From Fimicolochytrium jonesii (lineage: Eukaryota), in the NCBI RefSeq assembly GCF_025526975.1, contig NW_026515679.1:310001-374000 (forward strand): a DNA stretch of 64,000 bases. The letters are read 5' to 3'. Both the position numbers and the translations under genes were made by a program. How positions within the stretch are numbered: position 1 is the stretch's first letter; every line of letters starts with the position of its first letter. Shown in pieces: positions 1 through 11,172 of the stretch. Under the pieces are notes generated by a model. It was not told the origin of the DNA and did not search any database. It worked only from the letters and a program-made list of their open reading frames with translations.

Positions 1-106
1 CCGACATGAAAAATCGAGCCAAATGTTAATGCTGTAAGGATCCGGCCCCCACATAGCAGCGTCATGAGCACATATTTCACATGTCCACATATATACGCCC
101 CCATCC

Positions 107-1981
107 TTAACCCCGTCTCCTCTCCGGCTCCACATACCCCAGCGGCACATCCTCATCATCCTCACCCTCACCATACCCTTCCTCCTCATACGAGAACCTC
201 GGGCTGACCAGCCGTTGCTGCGACGACGACATATCGCCCGGTCTACGTTGCGATGCCGTGCGGCGCGTCGAGGGTGCGCGTGTTGCCGGTTGTTGTTGGT
301 GTTGGTGCTGCTGTTGGAGGGCGCTCATCTGTTCTTGCAGGGCCATGAGGGCGACGGAGGCGAGTGGCGTTTCGTCGTCTTCCGAGGGGCGGGAGGTGCG
401 GGTTTCGGGTTTGCGTTGGGATTGGGAGGAGAGGGGTTGATTGGTGTCGGTGGGGGCGCGGCGGGTGGAACGGCTTGTTGGGGTGCGCTTGACGTTGGCT
501 GCAGTCGCTGTAATTGCGCTGGGGCGGTGTGAGCTGCCGCTGCTTCCTGACCGCTGGAGTGGTACCGCCGTCCGCTGCGAGATGGTACGTGCCAGCGGTG
601 TCGAGTCGCTGTCGTCGTCAGATTTCTGGCGGTGGGACCGATGGCGGGACGAGCGGGTGTTGGTGCGGTTTGCCTGGCGAGATGACGGAGTGCGGTCAGT
701 CGGGGAGAGCGGGCTTGCGAGTGCGTGAGCAGCGCTGCGGGAGGACCGTGTGCGTTCCAGTGGGGCGGCGGCGGAGGTGTACTGGCTCGCGGACTTGTAC
801 AGCGCTTCAATGTCGTCTTCGGCGCGGTTCGCAGTGTAGCTTGGAGGTGGCGGGATTAGGTGTGAGCGGTCTGAGGCGAGAGGAGTGGAATCGAGGGGTT
901 CGCGATCGGACCGACGCACGGACGTACTACGGCGGGGCGATTTCTTTTGCGACATTGTTGATATCTGAGTTCCGGACCTTTGCATGTTTGCGCCATAGTA
1001 TGAGTCCGTGTCAGGGCTCAGGAGACTGTCTGCATGTCTCTGGGAAACAGAGCGCGGCAAGAAACCGTCTCCGGGAGGCGAAGGCGAGAGATCTTCTTCG
1101 ATATTGATAACAGAGTTGATCGGCTCGCTAATCGTCGCAAAACCTCCGCCTAAACCAAGATCCCCACGTCCGTTGGGCGAGAGCGAGAGGCCAGCATGTG
1201 GGTCGCCCCCAGAATCGTCCGACGACGCGGAGATCCTAGGGGGCTCCTCGTCTACACGCGAGTGCGCCTTCCGAAGATTAGAACGACCCGTGGCCCCGGT
1301 CGGCCGACGCTGCACATCAATCGACTGTTTCCGGGTGTATCTCGCATCCGACGACGCCGCATTGACAGGGGGTGTGTGTTGCTGAGTAGTATCCTTTCTG
1401 GACCGCTGAGACACCGACCGCCCCAACTCAGGCGCATCACCCGCGACCAGCGAAATCAGCGGCTCTCCCGGCTTCCGCACGCTCGTCTTTCTCGTCGGCG
1501 TGCTATTCTGCTGATGGCTCTCCTCCAAATCCGCCAAGATGGTGCCGGCGCCAAAAAGACCCGACGGCTCCTGGTCCTTCCCCTGCACGACGGTACTGAA
1601 CCGCTTCTTCCAGTTTTCGCTTTCTTGCAAGCGGCGGTCGCGGACGGTGTTGGCGCCCATGGCTTCGACGTCGCCGCGGTCGCCGTGGGCTCGGCGCCAC
1701 ATCAGGTACCCGAAGGCGATGCAGAGGACGACGATTATGATGGCTATTACTACTACCAGCCAAATGGGGAGGACTCCGAGACCGCCTAGAAAGAGAAGGG
1801 AAGGTGTCAGCGCCACCGAGGGAAAGAATGGACGACTGTATGTGATGCAAACGACAGGTACGCGGCCGCACATACCCAAGTCAACCTTCCCCGAGTCCTC
1901 AGCCAAGACGCTGGGCGCCATAGCTAGCAACAGTGGCAAGCCGCCCATAAGGGACGGCCTCTTCATTAGTGGTGGCGCCAT
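107..1981 (-). CDS. Single-pass membrane protein with long Ser/Arg/Pro-rich disordered cytoplasmic tail (probable intron near 5' end)
   Basis: 624-aa ORF; signal-like N-terminus (LPLLLAMAPSVLA); TM helix VLPIWLVVVIAIIIVVLCIAFGYLMW followed by RR; low-complexity tail. Confidence 0.65.
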   Translation of the reverse strand: MAPPLMKRPSLMGGLPLLLAMAPSVLAEDSGKVDLGMCGRVPVVCITYSRPFFPSVALTPSLLFLGGLGVLPIWLVVVIAIIIVVLCIAFGYLMWRRAHGDRGDVEAMGANTVRDRRLQESENWKKRFSTVVQGKDQEPSGLFGAGTILADLEESHQQNSTPTRKTSVRKPGEPLISLVAGDAPELGRSVSQRSRKDTTQQHTPPVNAASSDARYTRKQSIDVQRRPTGATGRSNLRKAHSRVDEEPPRISASSDDSGGDPHAGLSLSPNGRGDLGLGGGFATISEPINSVINIEEDLSPSPPGDGFLPRSVSQRHADSLLSPDTDSYYGANMQRSGTQISTMSQKKSPRRSTSVRRSDREPLDSTPLASDRSHLIPPPPSYTANRAEDDIEALYKSASQYTSAAAPLERTRSSRSAAHALASPLSPTDRTPSSRQANRTNTRSSRHRSHRQKSDDDSDSTPLARTISQRTAVPLQRSGSSGSSHRPSAITATAANVKRTPTSRSTRRAPTDTNQPLSSQSQRKPETRTSRPSEDDETPLASVALMALQEQMSALQQQHQHQQQPATRAPSTRRTASQRRPGDMSSSQQRLVSPRFSYEEEGYGEGEDDEDVPLGYVEPERRRG

Positions 1982-2724
1982 GGTTCCGGGTTATGTGAGA
2001 AATTCAGCTCTTCTCTTTCCTCTGGGGGAGTTTACGGTGCGAATAACACGGTTTCTTGCACGGCGTGAGAGAGTCTCTGCAACGATACCCGATCGGGCTT
2101 TGTCCTTGGTGGGAATGGGGGTGTGTGGTGGCTGGCCTTTCCGCTTGCGTTCAAGCCTTCAAGGAGCTGCCCAAAGTTGGCCTTTCCTTCTCGCTCGCAG
2201 GCAGCCCAGTCCAAAATTCTCGCTCCTCAATCACCTTGAACGGCCGCCGCATTGAGGCCGCGCAGATCAAATAAAGACGCTGGGGTGTCACGTGGTTGCT
2301 GATCACTTTATTGCATCTCTGTTTTTGAACCGCGCCCCTCGCCCAACACTTCCTCCTTTCAAAGGCCTTGATCGACTGACGGTGACGAGTGCCCAAAAAA
2401 CCGTGCTCCTCCACAACCTCCACAACCTCCCTCCCTTCCCCACAAAGACCTCACCTACTCCCAATATCTCATCCCCTCACTCTCTCCATCACTCTTCACC
2501 ACAGACCTACTCTCTACTCTCATGTCACTCCCCAACCGCCCCACCCATCCGATCCTCCCCTCACTCCGTCCCGCTTTCTCCGGCCGTCTCGCAATCCCGC
2601 TGCAAAAGTGGCCGGGGCGTTAGATCAGGAGGAAAAGATAAACACCTGTAGGCGTTGTCACTGGTTTTGAATCCTCCTCGCCCGACTACGGCGTACCGGG
2701 AAAGGCACACGACGGGCACGCAAG

Positions 2725-4269
2725 ATGCCCACGTCAACATGGCGGCACAGCCAGCCGTACGCGGTGGAGAAGGACAAAGCTGCCCAGATGTCGATGATGG
2801 GTCGTTCGCCTTACCTAGATGGAACGGCGCTGTCGGCGAGTCACCCGGACACACGCACGGCCATGGCTGATCGAATGCAGGTGGAGAGGGGTTTGGCGGA
2901 GGTAGACGAAGATCTCGGGGCTGTGTTTGCGTTTGACACCGACGAGGTGTTTGACGCGGCAGGTGGATGCGCGGAAGCCGGTGGTGTTGGAGATGGAACG
3001 GATGCGGTTGATGATGGGGTTGACGAACCCAGCACTGCTGATTTGGATGGAGTCGGCGGCCCCCGCGTGTCCTTTGCCGAACCGGCGGATGTATCGCAGG
3101 TGGTCGATATTCACAACTTTGATGCCCAGAAGGCCGCATCTATCACAACCGTCGGGGACGGTCCCTTACCAGCGTCAGTATCCGCGCCCGTGAAAAAAGT
3201 GGGCCTGGACGATTTCCAGCTCGTCAGCGTGGTGGGCAAAGGGGCGTACGGCAAAGTGTTCCTAGTTCGCAAAAAGCCCAATCCCACTCCTGCCACTTCT
3301 ACAGCCGGAGCGAACGCAAAAACCGAGCTGTACGCCATGAAAGTGCTCAAGAAAGCCAGTATCGTCCTCCACGCGTCAGGCAAAGAAGCCGAACACACCC
3401 GCAACGAGCGGTGCATCTTGGAGGAAGTACAACACCCGTTCATCGTCACGCTACACTATGCATTCCAGACGCCGTCCAAGCTTTACCTGATTCTAAGCTA
3501 CGCGTCCGGCGGCGAGCTGTTCACATACCTCACAAAGGAAAAAATGTTTGCAGAAGACGTGGCCTGTTTCTACATCTCCGAACTCCTCCTCGCCTTGGAA
3601 CACCTGCACTCACTAGGCATCATCTACCGCGACCTCAAACCCGAGAACGTACTCCTAAGCGCTCAGGGCCACATCCTCCTGACCGATTTCGGCCTCTCCA
3701 AAGTCGCCCTAGACGCACAAACCGTCTGCGGGACCATCGAGTTCATGGCCCCCGAGGTCCTCGACGAGCACCGCACGCAGGGCTACGAAAAGGGCGTGGA
3801 CTACTGGAGCCTGGGGGTGATGCTCTTCGACATGCTCACGGGCGCCCCACCTTTCACCGGTGCAAACCGCAAGAAGATAATGGACGGCATCCTACACCGC
3901 AAAGTTGTCTGGCCGCGGTATATGACCGCCCACGCGCGCGATCTGTGCCATAGGCTGTTGCAGAAGAACCCGGCGAAGCGGTTAGGGTGTGACGCGTTAG
4001 GCGGGGTTGCGGGGGTTAAGCGGCATGCGTTTTTTAGGGGGATTGACTGGGAGAGGCTGGCGAGGTTGGAGGTTGAGCCGCCGATCGTGCCGAGGTTGGA
4101 GGGGGAGGAGGATACGAGGTGTTTTGATCGGGTGTTTACGGCGATGCCGGTGGAGTCGCCGCCGCCTAGGGGAGAACGTGAACGTGGGGAGGGGGGGTTG
4201 GAGCTGGGTTTGGAGGTGGTGGACCATTTTGTAGGCTTTAGTTATGTAGCAGGGACGAAGTATTTGTGA
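2725..4269 (+). CDS. AGC-family Ser/Thr kinase, p70 S6K / Psk1 / Ypk3-like
   Basis: GKGAYGKV, YAMKVLKK, YRDLKPEN, DFGLSK, CGTIEFMAPE and C-terminal hydrophobic motif HFVGFSYV; single ORF; start codon uncertain. Confidence 0.9.
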   Translation: MPTSTWRHSQPYAVEKDKAAQMSMMGRSPYLDGTALSASHPDTRTAMADRMQVERGLAEVDEDLGAVFAFDTDEVFDAAGGCAEAGGVGDGTDAVDDGVDEPSTADLDGVGGPRVSFAEPADVSQVVDIHNFDAQKAASITTVGDGPLPASVSAPVKKVGLDDFQLVSVVGKGAYGKVFLVRKKPNPTPATSTAGANAKTELYAMKVLKKASIVLHASGKEAEHTRNERCILEEVQHPFIVTLHYAFQTPSKLYLILSYASGGELFTYLTKEKMFAEDVACFYISELLLALEHLHSLGIIYRDLKPENVLLSAQGHILLTDFGLSKVALDAQTVCGTIEFMAPEVLDEHRTQGYEKGVDYWSLGVMLFDMLTGAPPFTGANRKKIMDGILHRKVVWPRYMTAHARDLCHRLLQKNPAKRLGCDALGGVAGVKRHAFFRGIDWERLARLEVEPPIVPRLEGEEDTRCFDRVFTAMPVESPPPRGERERGEGGLELGLEVVDHFVGFSYVAGTKYL

Positions 4270-5701
4270 TTCTTTCAGGAAGGTTTTACTTTCGTTACTC
4301 TTCGTACTTTCTTTTCTGATACCTGTCTTTGCTCCCCGCCTGGTGGAGGGGCTACTTTTGTAACATAGTCATTTTTTTGGAGTCCCCACTCCTGTAGGAG
4401 AATAGTGAATCAGAATCGGCTAGCTCTGCCGCTGTTTTCGACCAGAGGATCGTGCTGAACACCATTTCATGTTGAACATCTCATCATGGCGACGGCTCGG
4501 AACTGCGCTGAGGCGCTGACCGGGAGGCATTTACGACAACACATCCACACCCAGGGGCACATCGAAGCAGTGAGGACAACGTTCGCAAAGACTCCGAATA
4601 GATATGATTCTTATTGTATGATATTATATGTAGAGATAACAGAAAAATACGAAAGAAGCAATGCAGCTGAAAAAAAAAACTGGACCATTGGTTTCCCCAG
4701 CATAAATCGAGGTACTTACAACAGGAAACGCCACGAGAAGGCTGTCCAGTATGGGTTCCCGAACGGTACGCGAGCCGTAGCCCTTCCCATCCACGAGAAA
4801 GCAAGAACCGAAGGTCATTCCCACCGGTCCTTGCCGACTGCACTGCAGCAGATCTTCCCGGCAGTATACCGCCAGTACCCCAGCCGGGCTCTTCTCAGCT
4901 AAGTCTTCCAGGTAAGTACGCGACCAGTGGGCCTTCCTAACCTGGGTGTAACTTGGTCGTGTGGGAGCCGAACTTATAAAGCAATGCTCAGGATCTTGAC
5001 TAGAATGCGCGTGGATAGCGGTACGATGAGCGCGTTGTAAACAGTGAGCGCCTTGTAACAGGGTGCGAGCCCCCGATGACACTGCCCGACAAGCGCAGGA
5101 TGCCTCCGACACCGATGAGAAATGCTGAAGACCTTAAGTGCGTCGTTAGGTAGTAGAGCAGTATCGAACGCAAGATCTTGAGCGTTATCTCTACATCTAG
5201 TGCGGTCGTAGTACGGGAGAGCTGTTGCGGAAGTTGGACGATGGGTTAAGACAAGCTCGAAAGGGAATGCGAGATGGCACCCTGATTTACAGTAGAGCCT
5301 GGCTGTCCTTTTGTGGGACTGGCCAGCAAACGCGACTTTCCGCGAGCGGACCCGATTCCCCGCCGAGTAACGCGTGCGTCGCAAGCAGAAACTTGCCATG
5401 AAATGGACGCATTTCTAACGAATAGACAACAGCATCCGTTTCGTTAGTCACATCACAGCCAACAGTGTGGTTTAACTGCGTCGTACGGAAAAAAACACGG
5501 GCCTCACCATCCTCACCTTTGCAAAGTTGAAACTGGTATTCCACCTCAAAATTCAGCAATTGGCAACCAGGCAGGCCCTGACAAACTCACTGTTCCCACT
5601 ACCACACAAACCCCGGCTACAACAGGACAGCAAGGACGACCATCGTCCTCGTAACCCTTCCCAAACAGACCTGTGCCCGAACCTCATTGCGTCCGAAAAA
5701 A

Positions 5702-7675
5702 ATGGTAAACTGAGACTTGCAACGCTGAACGGTTTAACGCTTTTTCCATTGGCCCCAATGTCTAAACCCATTCCCCACCTCCAGAAAGTGAAAACAATAT
5801 CCCGCGGCGCCGACTTTGCCCGCGAGCGCTCGGGCGACATTTACAAAGTCCAGCGCAACCTTGACCCGGAACTCCACCCTTTCGAGAGGGCACGTGAATA
5901 CACCCGCGCTCTCAATGCAGTGAAACTCGAGCGCATGTTTGCGAAACCCTTTGTGGGAGCTCTGTCGGGGCATATCGATGGGGTTTATTGTGTCGCAAAG
6001 CATCCAACCAAGCTGACGACCGTTTTCTCGGGGAGTGCTGATGGAGGTGGGTGCCGAAAGGAGTGAGGCGAGGAGAAGCGACCGAGCGGAGCGACGGTTT
6101 GGTTCGGTCGGGGAGCCTGAGCGTTAGGAAGGTCAACCAGAGCGGGCGCGACTGCGGCGAGGTGCAGGGATCCTTGAGGATGGTTCCCTCCGGGAGAACG
6201 AGCGGAGCGAGCCACATTGCGGCAAAAGCGCAATCCTCCCCTCACCCACGTTGCCCAACATCCTTGGTGTCGTTGATGGTTTGATGGCTGATGGTTGATG
6301 GTCAGGGCAGTCTGTGCTGACATGCTTCGGGTTTCGATTGCTGATTTGCAGAGGTTCGGATATGGTCGCTGACAAACAACAAGACAACATGGTCGACAAA
6401 GGCGCATCATGGATTTGTGAGAGGCATATGTTCCGTGCCTTTCAGCGACAATTTCTTCACTGTGGGTGAGGATAAGACGGTTAAGATGTGGTCGGCAGAT
6501 TCTACCGAGGTGGGTGTCTGTGAAGAATGTAGTTCTTGCGCGGCGTGGGAGGGAGGGACTGTTGCGGGTTTTGATTTGGTGTGGGACAGTAGCTGATAGG
6601 GAAAATCGGTCTCTCTTTTAGCCACTGCAAACATATGCGTCGAGACATGCGTTCAATGGTGTAGATCATCACAGGACGAGAAACACCTTTGCGACATCTA
6701 GCACACAGATTGACATCTGGGATCACCAAAGGTGAGAGAGGCAGACAAATGTGTTGGGCAGCGAGGGGCCGAAGCAATATTAACAATCCGACTGCAGAGC
6801 CGAACCAGTCCAAACTTTTTCATGGGGCGCCGAAACCACCACCTCCATCAAATTCAACCAAACGGAAACCTCCATCTTCGCCACCTGCGGCACCGATCGC
6901 ACCATCATCCTCTACGACCTGCGCACGAACTCCCCGCTCTCCAAAACCATCATGGCGATGCGCACGAACGCCATCGCTTGGAACCCCATGGAAGCCTTCA
7001 ACTTCACCATCGCCAACGAAGACCACAACTGCTACACCTTCGATATGCGCAAAATGCAGTCCGCCATGAACGTGCATAAGGACCACGTGTCCGCTGTGCT
7101 CGATATCGATTACTCGCCCTCGGGAGAGGAGTTTGTGACGGGCGGGTATGACCGCACAGTGAGGATATTCAAGAGCAGGGAGGGGCATAGTCGAGATGTG
7201 TACCATACCAAGCGGATGCAGAGGATCTTTTGTGTCAAATTTAGCATGGATGCGAAGTTTGTGCTGAGTGGGAGTGATGATGGGAACATTCGGTTGTGGA
7301 AGGCGGGTGCTTCTGATAAGTTGGGCACGGTGAGTACCATTTCTACACAGTCTCAAAAGGAGCGACATGTATTTGCACACACACAGGATACTAAAACCAA
7401 CTCGTCTCATCTTATTCCCCCAGACAACCAACCGCGAACGCGCCGCCGTCAGCTACACAAAAGCCGTCAAAGAGCGCTACAAGCACATGCCCGAGATCCG
7501 CCGCATCGATAAGCACCGCCGCATCCCCAAGGCCATCATCAAGGCCAAGGATACCAAGCGGGTCATGACCGAGTCGATCAAACGCAAGGAGGAGAACCTG
7601 CGGAAGCATACCAAGGAGGGCGCGGTGCCGTATCAGGCGGAGCGGAAGAAGAATGTGCTTGTTAACGAGAAGTAG
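5702..7675 (+). CDS. SOF1: SOF1/DCAF13 WD40 U3 snoRNP / SSU processome protein (multi-exon)
   Basis: M|KVKTISR...RNLDPELHPFERAREYTRALNAVKLERMFAKPF, EAFNFTIANEDHNCY, HSRDVYHTKRMQRIF, SGSDDGNIRLWKA and Sof1 tail EIRRIDKHRRIPKAI; GT-AG introns visible. Confidence 0.93.
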
Positions 7676-8949
7676 AGTGGAAAACTGGGGTCGCATCGGG
7701 AGGCATCCGGCATCACAGCACCTCACATCAAAGCCGTTCCCTTCAACATCCGTCGCGCAAACCACCATCCGTCATCAACACCCTTAACTTAAAACACTTT
7801 TTTTGTCTCCCATTTTCCTTTTGTATGTATGTATTTTTCTTAGTTTATCGCGAGAGCTTCCCTTCTGGCTAGTGGAAGCTGTAAAGCTCTGTATCTAGTC
7901 TATCACATAGAGTCGCTTATACAGAAGCTACAGTACTTGATTTCTGGCAAGTAGTGCGATGGTAATGTGTCTTTTGCATTTTCGAGGGTTTAAGCGACCA
8001 GATTCAGGAGTCGCGATAGCCTTCGCCTGGGTCTCTGGATGTTTGTCGTCCTTCCCCGCACGAACGTCAGAGAAGGTTGATGAAGCCCTCGAATCTGCCC
8101 ATCACTGGTCCTTTCCTTCCCGCTTCACATTCCGTTCCTGACGTCCATGTCTAGATCCATGTCCATCTCACTGAACCCCTTCTTTGCCTGTCCTATCCGA
8201 AAAATCCGGGAATGAGGCGTGTAAAAAAAGTGTCGATCGGACCTCGGGTTGTCCTCAAGCCTCCAACGTCAATTTTCAAGAGAGGGCTTGGCAGTTTGTG
8301 GAACGGCGGGAGAGAGTCCGCGACGCGTACTGACGCGTAGGCCACATCCACTCATTCCGTCGACTTCCAAAAGCCGCACCGCCAAGCGAGTTTTATGACG
8401 TAAAATCGAGAGACAGGTCAGGAGAAGGAGCAGAAAGGTATGGAAGATCGGGTGGACGACGACAGGAATGCATCAGGATCGTTGACGCAGGGTCCAGACC
8501 CCGTTCGGAGCTGGAGGTGCCAAACCTTGATACTGTAGGAGTGGCTTTGCGTTCGTCATCTTCATCGTCGTTATAACATCATATAAAAGCCTGTCAAAGT
8601 CGCAGAGCCAGATGTGGCGGGGTGCCTCCCACCCGAAACCTCCCATCCCCTTTGTGCGCGTCCGCACCTTTTTGCATGAGCTCATAACCAAACAGATGAT
8701 GCATAGCCCGTACGAACTTGATGAAAATGGGATCCCGTTGACGTCGGATCGGGTGCGAACACTGCGATGAGGCATGGATTTGTGGCCGTGGTTCGGCTCA
8801 GCCTGGCCTCGGAGGGCATGATGAAACTCTGGGTTGCGTCATGGACCGCTGCGTCAACATGAGCGGGTGAGGCTGGTTTGGTTTGGGAGGGAAACGTGAA
8901 GGAAGGGGTGGATGTCCGGCTGGCCTTCGCCAAGGACCTTGGGAAAGTC

Positions 8950-8956
8950 TATAAAA
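8950..8956 (+). promoter_or_regulatory. TATA box upstream of DM9-repeat gene
   Basis: TATAAAA ~118 bp upstream of ATG 9068, followed by a pyrimidine tract and CA-rich leader. Confidence 0.6.
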
Positions 8957-9067
8957 GCCGGGGCCCCTCTTGGCTCCCTCTACCCTTTTCTTCAGCATAC
9001 ACGCTACAAACCACACATCAAAGCACAACACAGCTCTCTCACACCCAAACCAAACCAAATCACAACC

Positions 9068-9838
9068 ATGTCGAACTACGGATACCCCGCCCACAACGTC
9101 GTCCCCCAAGGCTCCGACGATCCCCGCAAGCAGATGCTCTCTGAGGGCGAAGCTACCGACCGCGGTCTGAAGATCGGCAACTTCGAGCTTTCCAACTCAC
9201 AACTCGCCGTTGGTGGTGGTCTCCTCGGTACCGCCGCCGCCATCGGTGTCGGCGCCTTTGCTTTCGACAAGTACCAGGACTCCAAGGAGAACAAGGCCGA
9301 GCAGGAGTGGGGCGCCCAGAACTGGGAACAAGACGCTCACCGCCGCCAAGGCGAGTACCTCGAGGCCGTGAAGGCCAACAAGACCCTCCCCCCCGTTCAA
9401 TGGGTCCTCACCGAGGGCAACTCGATCCCCCAGGGAGCCATCCCCGGCGGAAAGGACGTTGACGGCACCACCCTCTACATCGCCCGCGCCTTCCACAACG
9501 GCGGCGTCCACATCGGCAAGGCCTCCTCCAAGCTCAAGGACGGCGCACACATCTCCTACAGCGGAAAGGAGATTGCCGTGCAAAAGTACGAGATCCTCCT
9601 CGGCTTCGAGAACGCCGTCCGCTGGATCGACGGCGAGGGCAGGCTCAACAAGCGCGACTACAAGATGGTCGAGGGTGGACGCGAGTCCGACGGTACCCCT
9701 ATCTACATCGGTCAGGCCCACCTCCACGGTGCCGTTACGCCCGGCAAGGTCGGAGAGAGCATCGAGAATGGATGCTCTGTCGCCTTTGACGACGACGAGA
9801 AGTTCGAGAAGCACTACAGGTTCCTCACCTACGCTTAA
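9068..9838 (+). CDS. DM9-repeat / DUF3421 protein (lectin-like)
   Basis: Two repeats: WV...IPQGAIPGGKDVDGTTLYIARA...HIGK...ISYSGKE...YEIL and VEGGRESDGTPIYIGQA...TPGKV...YRFL; strong C-ending codon bias. Confidence 0.85.
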   Translation: MSNYGYPAHNVVPQGSDDPRKQMLSEGEATDRGLKIGNFELSNSQLAVGGGLLGTAAAIGVGAFAFDKYQDSKENKAEQEWGAQNWEQDAHRRQGEYLEAVKANKTLPPVQWVLTEGNSIPQGAIPGGKDVDGTTLYIARAFHNGGVHIGKASSKLKDGAHISYSGKEIAVQKYEILLGFENAVRWIDGEGRLNKRDYKMVEGGRESDGTPIYIGQAHLHGAVTPGKVGESIENGCSVAFDDDEKFEKHYRFLTYA

Positions 9839-11172
9839 GCGATTCCCCAACACATATATCCCCCACCTCCACCTTACATGTCCTTGTAAAATATCCCTCA
9901 CCCCCCTGTACCTAGCATCGATGTAACATACCCATCCATCGCGTAGAAGCGATTTTTGTTCTATTTTGAATCATAACATATCCGACTCCGATCTCTTGAC
10001 AACAACTTGTAAATGTTCCGGCGTGGTTTTGACGTATGGTTTTTGGTTGTGTTCGACGCTTTGGTCACCCTGTAATGTCCATGACGTGTGGGCTAGACTA
10101 TAGATGTGGGAGAAGTCGATGCAATCTCATACGTACGTACTGTACAGTATGTACAGTACTTTGTTCTCCTGCCATTCCCTATATTTGATGAGCCGCCCGA
10201 AATGCCGGGCGTGAAGTCAGAGACGGCGCGAGCGGAGCGAGCGGCGGCGGCGTTCGACCGACGTAGCAGCGAAGGCCCCGTGGCGCTAATTTGATATCAC
10301 CTCAGTTCTGAGTTCTCTATATTATGCCCGCCCAAAGCCGAGTGTCGCTCTGGTTCTGGCTGCCATACTGTGTATGAGCTCGGCGGGAAAGCTGCCACCA
10401 ACGCAAAGGATCCCATTTTTCTTCGCCAGCAGGAGGTGGCGAAGAAGCGGGATCCGCACTGACAGAAAAGTGACAGGGGAAATGTGGTGAGTCACTGACA
10501 GGACCGCCGTCAAACGCCCTTATCATTAGCGCGGCCCTCCCTTTCTCCCCCGTCGCCCCTGAACGGCCACCTCACCATAATACATGTATGTATCTGACAC
10601 ACGCAGCAGCAGCAGCAGCAGCTCCCATGAAATCAAATCAGCTTCCTCCACAGACAGACACACACCCCCAGTGGATCCTGCAACTCTTTACGGATTTAGC
10701 CACCACTGCAGAAAGGCGTGGGAAAAAACCCCGCCTTCCCTCCCCAATCCCATGTTTTGAGTGATTGATTGATCCTACGCCTCCAAACTTATCTTCCCAG
10801 GAGAGCAAGAAACGCACCTGGTGGCGGAAGCAGTTTCCTGCAACACACTCTGGCTTCGTCCAATCTCATCAGGCTGCAAAAGGGTATGCTCCCACGTCCC
10901 TTCAGACCGCACCGCAACGCACAAAACCGCGTATAAAGACTCCGGGGGGAGCGGTCAGGCAACCTGGATCGGGTTCCTATCGATATCTCTCACGGATAAC
11001 GGACATACCACCCCAAAAGCCATATTCTGTGCTCTCCACCGGCAACACGTCTGTGCCCCCAACGTTGGATCTGGAGGCTGAATCTGTAGTCGTTTCTTCG
11101 CAACTTACGACAACGTGCGGAAGGAACGGATTCCCACGAGGCCTGTCAAAGCACAATCTTGCGGCAGATACG

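Noticed and set aside
4484..5400. Short overlapping ORFs between the kinase and SOF1 (also 24695-25680 and 33039-33630)
   Set aside because: No recognisable motifs or consistent exon structure; cannot be supported as genes.
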